Positions 6,857-17,557 are shown, counted from the first letter of the stretch. The stretch: 64,000 nt of DNA from Thiotrichaceae bacterium (GCA_026989335.1 JALSJN010000017.1:22767-86766); one strand, 5' to 3'. Notes: generated from the sequence alone by a model not told the origin. Made by a program: numbers and translations.

Positions 6857-9733
6857 TTGCCACAAGTATCTATTATCCCAGCCTCCCCACATCAATCAAA
6901 GTCAGCACCTATGCCTAAGCAATCAAAAGTATCTTCTAGCCCATCACCTAAAAATATTGATACCTTACAAAATCAAGTGCGTATTGTTGGTCACTTATTA
7001 GGAGAGGTACTTAAAGAGCAAGAAGGCGAGGATGTCCTTAATGCGGTTGAGCATCTACGTCAAGGTTATATTAGTCTGCGTCACAAAGATGATGATACAA
7101 CACGTCAAGAGCTGATGGCCTTTATTGAGGATTTATCAAGCCATAAATTAAAACAAGTCACCCGTGCCTTTAATGTTTTTTATGTTTTATCCAATATTGT
7201 AGAAGAAGACTTTTTACACCGTGAACGTCGTAAAATGTACCGCTCTGGTGACAGTAAACTTTGGAAAGGCTCATTTTTAAGAACCGTTCAAGAGCTCGCC
7301 GATGCGGGAATGTCATCCGAGGAAGCACAAAAGGTTATCAACGAGCTTTGTTATACGCCAGTATTCACTGCACACCCCACAGAAGCTAGACGACGTTCAA
7401 TGATGACTTTGCAGCGCCGTATATTTTTGGTGATTGATGAGCTTAATAACGCCGATACAACAAGTGAAGAACACGAAGCAGTACTAAGAAGGCTTAAGGC
7501 GCAAATTCAATTACTGTGGCGCACCAGCGAAGTTAGGCATAACAAGCCTAGTGTTGAAGATGAAGTGCGTTATGGTTTATTTTATTTTCATGCGAGTTTA
7601 TTTGAAGCAATCCCGATGATTTATCGCTATTTCGAGCGTGCTACTCGAAAAGTTTACGGACGCAATCAAATTACAATTCCGACCGTTTTAAAGTTTGGTT
7701 CGTGGATTGGTGGTGACCGAGACGGTAACCCTTTCGTAACCCCTGCAGTTACTCGAAATGCGATACGCTTGCATATGCAAGAAGCACTTGTAGAATACAA
7801 ACGTCGTATTATCAATTTACGCAGTATTTTAACGCATGACCTTGAGTTTGTAGCACCGAGTCCTTCTTTTTTAGAATCACTTTCCAGTGATGAAGCAGAG
7901 TTAAAAGAGTTGGCCTTTAAGAAGCAACCTGAACTGTTTGCGACTGAGCCTTATCGTCGTAAATTACAGTTTATGGCCTACCGTCTAAAGACTAACTTAA
8001 AGTCTGTGCAAGGACGTATCAGTGGGAAGCTAGTAGCTGATTCTCCCGTTGCCTACAATAATATTGATAATTTTTTGAATGATTTATATTCAATACGTGA
8101 TTCTTTAATTAGTCACAACGATGAGGATATTTCAAAGCGTGAACTTAAAGATTTAATTCGTCTAGCAGAGACCTGTGGTTTTTCTTTATATGAATTGGAT
8201 GTAAGGCAAGAGTCAACTGTGCATACCAAGGCGGTTAATGAAGTTTTACAACAGTTTATTCCTGATGTGGGTTACAACAACTTAAGTGAAGAGAAACGAA
8301 TTTCATTACTTTCGGAATTAATTCGTCGTGATAGTTTACCAAAAGCCAACCCTGAATCACTCTCTGAGCAATCAATTGAAACACTTGAATTGTTTGATAC
8401 GATGGTAACGATGCGTAAAGAGACCGGCGATACGATCTTTGGTACTTATGTTATTTCTATGACGCATACAGCCAGCCATGTGATGGAAGTCATGTTTTTA
8501 GCAAGGCTTGCAGGCTTAGTAGGCAAAGACAAAGATGGCGGTATTTTCTGTAATATTAAAATATCACCCTTGTTTGAAACAATTGAAGATTTACAACATA
8601 TCAGTAGTGTGCTTACCCACTTGTTTGAAAATCCAGACTATATGAGCTTGCTTAAGGCTTCGGGTAATTTACAAGAAGTCATGTTGGGTTACTCTGATTC
8701 ATGTAAAGATGGTGGAATCTTAGCGTCTCAGTGGAATCTTTATAATGCACAGAGAGAAGTCATTGCGTTAACCGATAAATACGGCGTTAAGTGTCGTATG
8801 TTCCACGGTCGTGGAGGAACTGTTGGGCGTGGCGGCGGGCCTACACATGAAGCGATTATTTCGCAGCCACCTGATACCGTACATGGTCAAATTAAATTCA
8901 CTGAGCAAGGAGAAGTGTTATCCAATAAATACAGTAATATTGAAACTGCTGTGTATGAGCTGGGTGTTGGAATAACAGGTTTACTTAAAGCCAGCCAGTC
9001 TGTGGTTAAAAAGCAAGGTCAATATGGGGATAATTATCACAAAGCTATGCGCTCAATAGCAACCTACGGTGAAAAAAGTTATCGAGACCTTACTGATCAT
9101 ACAGAAGGTTTCCAAGATTATTTTTATGAAAATACGCCAGTAACAGAAATAGGTCAGCTAAATATCGGTTCGCGACCTTCGCACCGAAAGGTTGATCGTT
9201 CTAAAGCTTCTATCCGTGCTATTCCGTGGGTGTTTGGCTGGGCACAAGCGAGGCATACTTTACCAGCTTGGTTTGGCATTGGTTCTGCGTTGGAACAAAT
9301 TCGAACTGAAAATGGCGATGAGTTACTGCGTGAAATGTATCAAAACTGGCCATTTTTCCGTGCATTACTGAGTAATGTCCAAATGGCATTATTTAAAGCA
9401 CAAATGGATACAGCAAAAGAGTATGCAGGACTTTGGGCTAATAAAGAACGTTCAATGACAATTTACCAAAAAATTGCTGATGAGTATTACCGTACCGTTC
9501 AAGAAGTGTTAAATATTGCGCAAATCGACACCTTAATGGGGGAGACACCGCTGTTGCAATATTCGCTTGAAAGACGCGAGCCATACTTAGACCCATTAAA
9601 TCATATTCAAATTACGGTATTGGGTAGACATCGTGAATTTTTAGCACAAAACCCTGAGGAAGAGTCACCCTGGTTGGATGAGTTATTATTAACGATTAAT
9701 GCAATAGCAGCAGGTATGCGTAATACGGGTTAA
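6857..9733 (+). CDS. ppc: Phosphoenolpyruvate carboxylase
   Basis: 958 aa with signature motifs VFTAHPTEARRR and FHGRGGTVGRGGGP, ending in ..MRNTG. The ORF starts at TTG 6857; ATG 6911 is an alternative start. Confidence 0.95.
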   Translation: MPQVSIIPASPHQSKSAPMPKQSKVSSSPSPKNIDTLQNQVRIVGHLLGEVLKEQEGEDVLNAVEHLRQGYISLRHKDDDTTRQELMAFIEDLSSHKLKQVTRAFNVFYVLSNIVEEDFLHRERRKMYRSGDSKLWKGSFLRTVQELADAGMSSEEAQKVINELCYTPVFTAHPTEARRRSMMTLQRRIFLVIDELNNADTTSEEHEAVLRRLKAQIQLLWRTSEVRHNKPSVEDEVRYGLFYFHASLFEAIPMIYRYFERATRKVYGRNQITIPTVLKFGSWIGGDRDGNPFVTPAVTRNAIRLHMQEALVEYKRRIINLRSILTHDLEFVAPSPSFLESLSSDEAELKELAFKKQPELFATEPYRRKLQFMAYRLKTNLKSVQGRISGKLVADSPVAYNNIDNFLNDLYSIRDSLISHNDEDISKRELKDLIRLAETCGFSLYELDVRQESTVHTKAVNEVLQQFIPDVGYNNLSEEKRISLLSELIRRDSLPKANPESLSEQSIETLELFDTMVTMRKETGDTIFGTYVISMTHTASHVMEVMFLARLAGLVGKDKDGGIFCNIKISPLFETIEDLQHISSVLTHLFENPDYMSLLKASGNLQEVMLGYSDSCKDGGILASQWNLYNAQREVIALTDKYGVKCRMFHGRGGTVGRGGGPTHEAIISQPPDTVHGQIKFTEQGEVLSNKYSNIETAVYELGVGITGLLKASQSVVKKQGQYGDNYHKAMRSIATYGEKSYRDLTDHTEGFQDYFYENTPVTEIGQLNIGSRPSHRKVDRSKASIRAIPWVFGWAQARHTLPAWFGIGSALEQIRTENGDELLREMYQNWPFFRALLSNVQMALFKAQMDTAKEYAGLWANKERSMTIYQKIADEYYRTVQEVLNIAQIDTLMGETPLLQYSLERREPYLDPLNHIQITVLGRHREFLAQNPEEESPWLDELLLTINAIAAGMRNTG

Positions 9734-10198
9734 TATTATCTCCCAAGTATTTCATGTGTGCGGTAATAACTTGACCTTTGAAACACAATATTTTGTACTT
9801 ATAGGTTGAGACCTTTACACGACTCCTGTACCCTTTTTGTATTAGACTTTCCTGCTAAGTAGAGCCAAAACGAAAGGCTTAGTTCAGTTCAACTTTCACT
9901 TATAGAATGTGTTATTGCTTTTCACTCGATTACCAATGCTCGGCAATAAAAAAACCATGCATTGCATGCCTTATATGAGCTGCGTGAATATCATAAAGTC
10001 ATGTATTTCAAGCACATTAAGTGAGCCGAATTAAGCTCTACCGCCAATTTTCTGTGGGGTTACTTTTAGCCATCTTTAAGGAAAGTCCCACTTCATTTTG
10101 TACCAGCCTTTATGGTATTGCAAGGGTTCAAACTCATAGCACCACCAAGTACCGTCAGCTTCTTATGCCACCCAATTAGTCCAGCTGCTGCCTTTTTA

Positions 10199-11731
10199 TT
10201 AGCCAAGCTTGTCATCAGCTACATGATAAGTTGGGTCTTCAACCACATTAACTTCAACTAACGGGCCTGCTTTCTTTAACAGCAAGCGACACTCTTCGCT
10301 CACATGTTTTAGGTGTAAACGTTTTCCTGCACGGTCATAGCGGATTGCTAATTTATCAATCGCCTCAATCGCTGAATGATCAGCGACACGTGAATTTTTA
10401 AAATCTACCACAACATCATCTGTATCATTTTTAGGGGTGAATAACTCTTGAAAATTTTGTGTTGAAGCAAAGAATAAAGGGCCATTTATTTCATAGACTT
10501 TATTGCCCATGCGGTCGGTGCGAGTGCTCGCGCTTATGTGACTGGCATGCTCCCAAGCAAAAACTAGCGCAGATAAAATCACGCCCACAATAACTGCCAA
10601 CGCTAAGTTATCTGAAATTACAGTTATAGCGGTCACAGCAACGATAATAAACCAGTCTGCTAAGGGGATTTTACCGAACATGCGTAAGCTTCCCCATTCG
10701 AAGGTGCCGATTACAACCATAAACATAACACCCACTAAAACAGCGATTGGGATTACTTCAATTAAGGGTGAGGCGTAGAGAATAAATATTAGCAAGAATA
10801 TAGCGGCTGAAATACCCGATAGTCTGCCTCGACCACCTGACTTTATATTAATAATGCTTTGCCCAACCATTGCACAACCACCCATGCCGCTGAACATACC
10901 CGTAACGGTATTAGCAACACCTTGACCGATACATTCGCGATTCGGGTGTCCTGTGGTTTCGGTGAGTTCGTCAACTAAGTTTAGGGTTAATAAGCTTTCG
11001 ATTAATCCAACCGCTGCCATCACTATGGCATAGGGAAATACAATTTTGAAGGCCTCCCAACTCAGTTCTATTTCAGGTAAATGAAACGGAGGGAATACAC
11101 CTTTGATCGATGCCATATCTGAGACAGTACGAGTATCTAAACCTAAACCCAGTACAATTAATGTGCCGACCACAATGGCAGCAAGCGTAGAGGGAATTGC
11201 CTTGGTAAAGCGTGGTAGGTATTGGATAATGGCCATAGTAAGCAGGATTAGGCCGATCATAATATAAAGGGCATTGCCCGTAATCCAGCTATGAGCACCT
11301 TCTGCCCCTGGGATTTTAAAATGCTCAAATTGCGCGATTAAGATAACTAACGCCAAGCCATTAACGAAGCCAAGAAAAACAGGGTGCGGTACAAGGCGAA
11401 TAAATTTACCCAGTTTGAATACGCCGAAGGTGATTTGAATTATTCCCATCATAATCACAGCCGCAAATAAATATTCTTGTCCGTGTTGTAAAACCAATGT
11501 ACCAATGACTACCGCAATTGCACCCGTAGCACCAGAAATCATCCCTGGTCTGCCGCCTACAATAGCTGCGATTAAACCGATAGTGAAAGCAGCATATAAA
11601 CCAGTCAAAGGGTGTAAGTGTGCGAGCAGGGAAAAAGCAACAGCCTCAGGAACTAGCGCCAATGCGACTGTTAAGCCTGAAAGTAAATCGTTTTTTATAG
11701 ATTCTTGTCTTTGAGAAATAATGCTAAACAT
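10199..11731 (-). CDS. SulP-family anion (sulfate/bicarbonate) permease with C-terminal STAS domain
   Basis: 510 aa. N-terminal motif DLLSGLTVALALVPEAVAFSLLA, many TM segments, and a soluble C-terminal STAS-like domain. Confidence 0.85.
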   Translation of the reverse strand: MFSIISQRQESIKNDLLSGLTVALALVPEAVAFSLLAHLHPLTGLYAAFTIGLIAAIVGGRPGMISGATGAIAVVIGTLVLQHGQEYLFAAVIMMGIIQITFGVFKLGKFIRLVPHPVFLGFVNGLALVILIAQFEHFKIPGAEGAHSWITGNALYIMIGLILLTMAIIQYLPRFTKAIPSTLAAIVVGTLIVLGLGLDTRTVSDMASIKGVFPPFHLPEIELSWEAFKIVFPYAIVMAAVGLIESLLTLNLVDELTETTGHPNRECIGQGVANTVTGMFSGMGGCAMVGQSIINIKSGGRGRLSGISAAIFLLIFILYASPLIEVIPIAVLVGVMFMVVIGTFEWGSLRMFGKIPLADWFIIVAVTAITVISDNLALAVIVGVILSALVFAWEHASHISASTRTDRMGNKVYEINGPLFFASTQNFQELFTPKNDTDDVVVDFKNSRVADHSAIEAIDKLAIRYDRAGKRLHLKHVSEECRLLLKKAGPLVEVNVVEDPTYHVADDKLG

Positions 11732-11926
11732 GATTGTCGCTAGCCTTTAATTTTGGATGGTCTGAAAAGCCGCAAGTATACCGATTTTTTAACAAGATAG
11801 AATGTAAACTTAAGCTGTGTACCTATGACTAGCTCTCATGAATGAAAGATTGTTAAAGCACTTTCACAAAAGGCTAAGCTAGGGGATAATAGCGATCCCA
11901 AAATTGATTAATAAAGCTTACGAATA

Positions 11927-12598
11927 ATGTTTACAGGTATCATTCAATCTATTGGTAGTATTACGGAGCTACAGCCTAAAGGTGGTGATATCGCGCTTGT
12001 CATAAATACGGGCAAGTTGGATATGAGTGATGTTGAGCTAGGTGACAGTATCGCAGTTAATGGTGTGTGTTTAACGGCTATCGCATTAACGGATCAAAGT
12101 TTTATCGCCGATGTATCAAGAGAAACACTTTCATTAACCTCGCTAGGTGCTTTAAATAAAGGCACTAAAGTAAACCTTGAAAAAGCATTAACACTGCAAA
12201 CACGATTAGGCGGTCATATGGTGAGTGGTCATGTGGATGGTTTAGGTTTCGTAGAATCCCGTCATAATGATGGAAGATCAGAACATTTTGTAATTAATGC
12301 ACCAAATAATATCGCTAAGTATATTGCAGAAAAAGGTTCAATTACGATTGATGGTGTCAGTTTAACGGTTAATAAAATTGATCTAAATAATGCGTCGTTT
12401 GAAATAAATATTGTGCCACACACCTTGCAAGAAACGATTATGAGTGGCTATCAAGTGGGTGTTAAGGTTAATTTAGAAGTTGATTTAGTTGCGCGTTACT
12501 TAGAAAGACTTATCCAGGGTGGGGCATTAGGTGAATCAAAGGATTTAGCGAATAATATTACAGCATCATTTTTAGCAAATAATGGGTTCACAAAATAG
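11927..12598 (+). CDS. ribE: Riboflavin synthase (alpha chain)
   Basis: 223 aa. MFTGIIQ..G start and internal duplication of the lumazine-binding barrel (..VNGVCLT.. / ..IDGVSLTV..). Confidence 0.9.
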   Translation: MFTGIIQSIGSITELQPKGGDIALVINTGKLDMSDVELGDSIAVNGVCLTAIALTDQSFIADVSRETLSLTSLGALNKGTKVNLEKALTLQTRLGGHMVSGHVDGLGFVESRHNDGRSEHFVINAPNNIAKYIAEKGSITIDGVSLTVNKIDLNNASFEINIVPHTLQETIMSGYQVGVKVNLEVDLVARYLERLIQGGALGESKDLANNITASFLANNGFTK

Positions 12599-12616
12599 TG
12601 TTTACGAAAGGAAGTC

Positions 12617-12730
12617 CTGATTAAGTCCAGTTGCTTTTAGGCTGAGATAGAATTGTTCTTATTTTTCAGGAAGTGAACGAGAGAAAATCAGGGTGATTCT
12701 AGCCAGTATAAAATAATTGGACTTAATCAG
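12617..12730. repeat. MITE-like element bounded by 13-bp perfect inverted repeats (CTGATTAAGTCCA ... TGGACTTAATCAG)
   Basis: The inverted repeats at 12617-12629 and 12718-12730 were read directly. The left ~40 nt recur after bioH (19896-19933). It lies in the ribE-ribBA spacer. Confidence 0.45.
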
Positions 12731-12765
12731 TCTCTCCTTATGTATAACGAAAATTTAGGAAAATA

Positions 12766-13884
12766 ATGAAATTTAATAGTATAGAAGAAATCATCGATGA
12801 CATTTCCTTAGGAAAAATGGTCATTATCGTTGACGATGAAGATCGTGAAAATGAAGGCGACTTTTTAATGGCGGCTTCTAAAGTGCGCCCTGAAGATATT
12901 AACTTCATGGCAACCCATGGACGCGGACTGGTCTGTATGCCAATTACTGTAGAGCGCTGTAAGCAGCTTGCGTTACCGCTGATGGTATCAGAAAAAGACA
13001 ATCAAGAAGAATTGGCGACTAACTTTACCATTTCTATCGAAGCCTCATCGGGGGTAACTACGGGTATTTCTGCTTATGATCGTTCATTAACGATTCGGGC
13101 AGCGGTTGCACCTGATGCAGACAAACACAGTATTGTGCAACCTGGGCATATATTTCCTTTAATGGCGCAGCCGGGTGGTGTATTAACACGAGCAGGGCAT
13201 ACCGAAGCAGGTTGTGATTTAGCACGTTTGGCAGGGTTTGAACCCGCAGCAGCGATTGTTGAAATTTTAAATGAAGACGGGTCAATGGCGCGCCGTGATG
13301 ATTTGTTTAAAATCGCAGAGCAACATGATTTAAAAATTGGCACCATCGAAGACTTAATTCGTTACCGCGTTAAAAATGAAAAAACCATCCAGCGCGAACA
13401 TGAAGTTATCATGAATACAGAGTTTGGCGAGTTTAACGTCATCGCGTATTCTGATACATCTAACAACCCCAGTAACCCCACACACCTTGCATTAGTCAAA
13501 GCTGTGGTAAAGCCAAATACGCCAACCTTGGTGCGGGTGCACCTTGAAGATGCCTTATGCGACATATTGTCACTAAATGAAGAGGGATGTGGCTGGCCAT
13601 TGCGGGATGTGATGAAAACAATGGATGATGCGAATGAGGGTGTGATAGTTATATTACGTGGCAACGCACAAGCAAATACCTTAGATCGTTTAAAAGAACT
13701 GGATACAAACCATGAGCAGCAACCTTCGGATAATGATATGCCAGCCAACCTTAAGACATTTGGTATCGGTGCACAGATTTTAAGTGATGTTGGTGTTAGT
13801 AAGATGAAGGTAATGAGTGCGCCTGTAAATCTACATGGTTTAGCGGGATTTGATCTTGAAATTACAGAATACGTAAGAAAGTAA
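12766..13884 (+). CDS. ribBA: 3,4-dihydroxy-2-butanone-4-phosphate synthase fused to a degenerate GTP cyclohydrolase II-like domain (RibBX-type)
   Basis: 372 aa. The N-terminal DHBP synthase motifs are intact ([19 protein letters not shown]). The C-terminal domain aligns to RibA, but [23 protein letters not shown] replaces the Zn-Cys motif VRVHSECLTGD....RCDCG. Confidence 0.9.
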   Translation: MKFNSIEEIIDDISLGKMVIIVDDEDRENEGDFLMAASKVRPEDINFMATHGRGLVCMPITVERCKQLALPLMVSEKDNQEELATNFTISIEASSGVTTGISAYDRSLTIRAAVAPDADKHSIVQPGHIFPLMAQPGGVLTRAGHTEAGCDLARLAGFEPAAAIVEILNEDGSMARRDDLFKIAEQHDLKIGTIEDLIRYRVKNEKTIQREHEVIMNTEFGEFNVIAYSDTSNNPSNPTHLALVKAVVKPNTPTLVRVHLEDALCDILSLNEEGCGWPLRDVMKTMDDANEGVIVILRGNAQANTLDRLKELDTNHEQQPSDNDMPANLKTFGIGAQILSDVGVSKMKVMSAPVNLHGLAGFDLEITEYVRK

Positions 13885-13904
13885 GTAAGCATAGAGAAAT
13901 AGGA

Positions 13905-14390
13905 ATGAACATTATGAGTAATATTACAGAATTATCAGGTGATTTTAATGCGGGTAAAGCAAAGTTCGGTATTGCCGTAGCACGTTTTAACTCCTTTATT
14001 GTAGAAAGTTTATTAGATGGAGCGGTAGATGCGCTACAACGCCACGGCGTGGATGATAAATCAATAGAAATTATTCGTGTACCAGGAGCATTTGAGTTGC
14101 CTGTGATGGTGCAAGCCATGGCAAACAGTGGTAAATATGAATCGGTGATTGCACTGGGTGCGGTAATTCGTGGCAGTACGCCACATTTTGATATAGTCGC
14201 AGATGCATCGGCAAAAGGTTTAGCTAGCATTGCCTTAGATACGGGAATGCCGATTATTAATGGGATTCTAACAACAGATTCAATTGAACAAGCGATTGAG
14301 CGTGCAGGCACAAAAGCGGGTAATAAAGGTGCGGAAGCGGCAGTAACTGCCATAGAAATGGTTTCTTTATTAGCGAAGTTCAATAAGTAA
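13905..14390 (+). CDS. ribH: 6,7-dimethyl-8-ribityllumazine synthase
   Basis: 161 aa. [17 protein letters not shown] and GAVIRG.T.HFD motifs. ATG 13914 is an alternative start. Confidence 0.92.
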   Translation: MNIMSNITELSGDFNAGKAKFGIAVARFNSFIVESLLDGAVDALQRHGVDDKSIEIIRVPGAFELPVMVQAMANSGKYESVIALGAVIRGSTPHFDIVADASAKGLASIALDTGMPIINGILTTDSIEQAIERAGTKAGNKGAEAAVTAIEMVSLLAKFNK

Positions 14391-14465
14391 AGCCTTTATG
14401 CGGGCTCTCTAAATATTGTCAGAGTCTAGATTAAAAGTATTTTTTGTAAAAACCGGTTGTAAAAA

Positions 14466-14918
14466 ATGGCAGTAGATCCTAAAAAACAGTATATATCCGA
14501 GCACCGTGTGGCGCGTAAACTAGCTTTAGTTGCCATTTACCAATGGCAGATGACCGATAATTCCTACCAAGAAATTTATCAGGGGTTACAAGAGGATAGT
14601 GCTTTATCAAAAGATATGGCGAAAGCAGATATGGCTTTTTTTCAAGCGTTGGTTAAATGTGTCATGCAGAAAACTTCTGACATTGATGCTTTACTAAATC
14701 CTTTCTTAGACAGGGAAGCTGCCCATTTAGATCAAATAGAACGTGCGGTGCTACGCATGTCTACCTGTGAATTACAGAATCACCCTGAAGTTCCGTATAA
14801 AGTAATTATCAATGAGTCTGTAAACCTCACAAAAAAGTTTGGCGCCGATCAAGCGCATAAATTTGTTAATGGCGTGCTTGATAAGGTTGGTTCTAGTTTG
14901 AGAAAAGATCAAAAATAA
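14466..14918 (+). CDS. nusB: Transcription antitermination factor NusB
   Basis: 150 aa. R.AR..A....YQW.. N-terminus and the conserved position after ribH. Confidence 0.9.
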   Translation: MAVDPKKQYISEHRVARKLALVAIYQWQMTDNSYQEIYQGLQEDSALSKDMAKADMAFFQALVKCVMQKTSDIDALLNPFLDREAAHLDQIERAVLRMSTCELQNHPEVPYKVIINESVNLTKKFGADQAHKFVNGVLDKVGSSLRKDQK

Positions 14919-14977
14919 AAATAATCATTGGTGCTAAGTTTTTCCATGAATTGCAATAAATCAGTTGATGACTTAAC

Positions 14978-15367
14978 ATGAAATATTGTAATTCCTGCGG
15001 GAAGTGCTGCGTAAAATATGGCGGGAATGATCTTTCTGCCTCTCAACATGAGATCGAATATTGGGAGGTGTTTCGACCCGATATAGCCAAATATGTCAAT
15101 AATGGAAAAATATGGGTAGACCCTAAAACGGGGAAGAATCCTGAACTTTGTCCGTGGCTTACGGTAGTCTCTGATGATGAATTAGGTCATCATCGTGTCT
15201 CATGCGATATTTACCTTGATCGGCCCGACGACTGTATTATCTACCCCGTAAGCATTGCTGAAATGATTAAAGATGGTTGCGAAATGCTGGAAGCTAAAGA
15301 TTTTAAAAATCCTCAACAGGCACAAAAAGACCTTGATGTTTTAATGGTGGGTAGTCGCCCTGAATAG
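14978..15367 (+). CDS. YkgJ-family cysteine-cluster protein (putative Zn/Fe-binding)
   Basis: 129 aa starting MKYCNSCGKCCVKYGG (CxxCxxCC motif), with additional Cys residues downstream. Confidence 0.6.
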   Translation: MKYCNSCGKCCVKYGGNDLSASQHEIEYWEVFRPDIAKYVNNGKIWVDPKTGKNPELCPWLTVVSDDELGHHRVSCDIYLDRPDDCIIYPVSIAEMIKDGCEMLEAKDFKNPQQAQKDLDVLMVGSRPE

Positions 15368-15386
15368 ACGGTTATTTAGTGTTCAA

Positions 15387-17462
15387 CTAAACACTAGCAT
15401 ATTCCTCGGCATGTTTTATCCAACGATTAATCAGTGGTTCTACTTTTTCGGGATAATTTTTTAACACTTCTTCTGCAACCTCTTGTATATCGGGCAGTAG
15501 ATGTTGATCTTCCATCAGGTTGGCGATTCTAAATTGTAGCTCACCCGTTTGTCGGGTACCAAAAACTTCACCTGGACCGCGAATTTCTAGATCTATTTTG
15601 GCGATTTCAAAGCCATCGTTACTGTTGCGAAGCGCCTCTAAACGCCGCTTACCATTTTGTGAAAGTGGGCTTTGGTACATCAGCACACAGCTACTGGCTT
15701 TAGTGCCACGGCCCACGCGCCCACGCAGTTGATGCAGTTGCGCCAAGCCAAGGCGTTCAGAATTTTCGATAATCATTAAGGTGGCATTGGGTACATCGAC
15801 ACCGACTTCAATCACAGTCGTTGCAACTAAGAGATGGGTTTTACCTGATTTAAAGTCAGCCATAATTGCTTCTTTTTCATCAGGTTTCATGCGCCCGTGA
15901 ATTAAACCAATATTAAGATCTGGTAGGGCTTCTTTTAACAGCTCCCATGTTTCTTCGGCATTTTGGCATTGCAGTGCTTCAGATTCTTCAATTAAGGTAC
16001 AGACCCAATAAACCTGTGCATTTTCTTCGACACATATTTTTTCTATACGCTCGATGACTTGATCACGGCGGGTATTATTAATGACTACCGTTTTAATTGG
16101 GGTACGACCAGGTGGAAGTTCATCAATCACTGAATAGTCCATGTCGGCGCAGGTAGTCATGGCTAATGTGCGCGGAATCGGAGTTGCCGTCATGACTAAT
16201 TGGTGTGGATAGAAGTCAGCTTGTTTGCCTTTCTCACGCAGCGATAAGCGTTGATGAACACCAAAACGGTGCTGCTCATCAATGATGATTAAGCCTAAAC
16301 GCTGAAAATGAACGTCGTTTTGAAATAGGGCGTGTGTACCCACAGCAAGGTGTGCATGCCCTTCGATTAATGCCTCACGCGAGACACGTTTTTCAGCAAC
16401 TTTTTGTTTCCCGGAAATAAGGGTGACTTGCAACTTTTGGGGTTTAAGCCATTCCGTAAAGCTCTTAAAATGTTGCTCGGCTAAAATCTCAGTAGGTGCC
16501 ATCAATGCCACTTGGTAACCTGCCTCAATAGCACTTAACGCGGCGGCGGCGGCAACCAGCGTTTTGCCTGAGCCGACATCGCCTTGTACTAAGCGACTCA
16601 TTGGCCATGCTTGCATTAAATCGGCTTTAATCTCTGCAATAACTTTGTTCTGTGCATTGGTTAAATCAAAGCTTAGTAACTGTTTAAGAGAATCAAAAAA
16701 GCTATTTTTTGGGGGCAAAGGTATGCCTTTTACTTGTTTTTGCTGTTCGCGTAGTTTTCGTAGGCTGAGTTGATGCGCTAATAATTCTTCAAAAATTAAA
16801 CGTTGTTGGGCGGGATGATCGCGTTGTAATAATTGACTAACCGATAAGTCTGAAGTGGGTTTATGCAACGTGTGTAATGCCTCTGGAAGGCTGAATAGGT
16901 TTTGCTTGTGGTTAATGCTTTGAGGAATTAAATCTTCAAGTGTGGCAAGTTCTTTTAACGCCTCACCGACCAAACGTAATAAGCTTCGCTGTTGTAAACC
17001 TTTGGTGGTGGGGTAGATAGGTGTGAGTGTATCACTAAGTTGAAGCGTTTGACCTTCAGTGAGGATTTTATATTCTGGGTGTACCATTTCCCGTGTGCTT
17101 GGGCCTACACGAACCTCCCCAAAACAGCGTACTTTTGTTCCCTGACTTAAGGCCTCTTTTTGCACATTAGCAAAGTGAAAAAAGCGTAGGGTAATCATAG
17201 CTGTGCTGTCAGACACGGTGACTACCATCATCCGTCTTCGACGATAAACTATTTCGGCGTGTTCGACCTCCCCCTCAATAACCACTTCTTGTGCGTGTTG
17301 GGTGCTTCCTATGGGGTAGACCTGAGTACGGTCTTGATACCGCAAAGGTAGATGAAACAGCATATCTTGAACTTTTTCGATACCAATCTTACTCAGGTTT
17401 TCAGCCATTTTAGGGCCGACACCTTTGAGGCATGTTACTGGTTTTTGTAGGAGCTTAGACAA
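15387..17462 (-). CDS. recG: ATP-dependent DNA helicase RecG
   Basis: 691 aa. Wedge/OB N-terminal domain, Walker A GDVGSGKT, DEQHRFGV box, QLHQLRGRVGRG motif VI. Confidence 0.95.
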   Translation of the reverse strand: MSKLLQKPVTCLKGVGPKMAENLSKIGIEKVQDMLFHLPLRYQDRTQVYPIGSTQHAQEVVIEGEVEHAEIVYRRRRMMVVTVSDSTAMITLRFFHFANVQKEALSQGTKVRCFGEVRVGPSTREMVHPEYKILTEGQTLQLSDTLTPIYPTTKGLQQRSLLRLVGEALKELATLEDLIPQSINHKQNLFSLPEALHTLHKPTSDLSVSQLLQRDHPAQQRLIFEELLAHQLSLRKLREQQKQVKGIPLPPKNSFFDSLKQLLSFDLTNAQNKVIAEIKADLMQAWPMSRLVQGDVGSGKTLVAAAAALSAIEAGYQVALMAPTEILAEQHFKSFTEWLKPQKLQVTLISGKQKVAEKRVSREALIEGHAHLAVGTHALFQNDVHFQRLGLIIIDEQHRFGVHQRLSLREKGKQADFYPHQLVMTATPIPRTLAMTTCADMDYSVIDELPPGRTPIKTVVINNTRRDQVIERIEKICVEENAQVYWVCTLIEESEALQCQNAEETWELLKEALPDLNIGLIHGRMKPDEKEAIMADFKSGKTHLLVATTVIEVGVDVPNATLMIIENSERLGLAQLHQLRGRVGRGTKASSCVLMYQSPLSQNGKRRLEALRNSNDGFEIAKIDLEIRGPGEVFGTRQTGELQFRIANLMEDQHLLPDIQEVAEEVLKNYPEKVEPLINRWIKHAEEYASV

Positions 17463-17529
17463 GATTTTATGGTCGCTATTTATATTCTTTAAAGTTTTCT
17501 AACAATACCATTAATTAGTGTTTATAAAT

Positions 17530-17557
17530 AAAAAATGGAGCACAAAGGCTCCATTTT
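17530..17557 (-). terminator. Intrinsic terminator downstream of the 17578-18372 gene
   Basis: TGGAGC/GCTCCA stem flanked by an A-run and a T-run. On the minus strand the hairpin is followed by a T-run. Confidence 0.5.

Noticed and set aside
11732-12765. Looked for an FMN riboswitch upstream of ribE and of ribBA.
   Set aside because: Neither spacer contains the conserved FMN-aptamer cores as I remember them (the GGGGTGAAATTCC and GTCAGCAGATCTGGT type). The ribE-ribBA spacer is explained by the inverted-repeat element instead.
12738-14383. Long antisense ORFs covering ribBA and ribH (12738-13001, 13074-13346, 13362-13892, 13862-14383, all minus).
   Set aside because: The sense-strand products match RibB/RibH over their full length. 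The antisense translations are Ser/Ala/Ile-rich with no motifs. This is typical stop-poor antisense frames of highly expressed genes.
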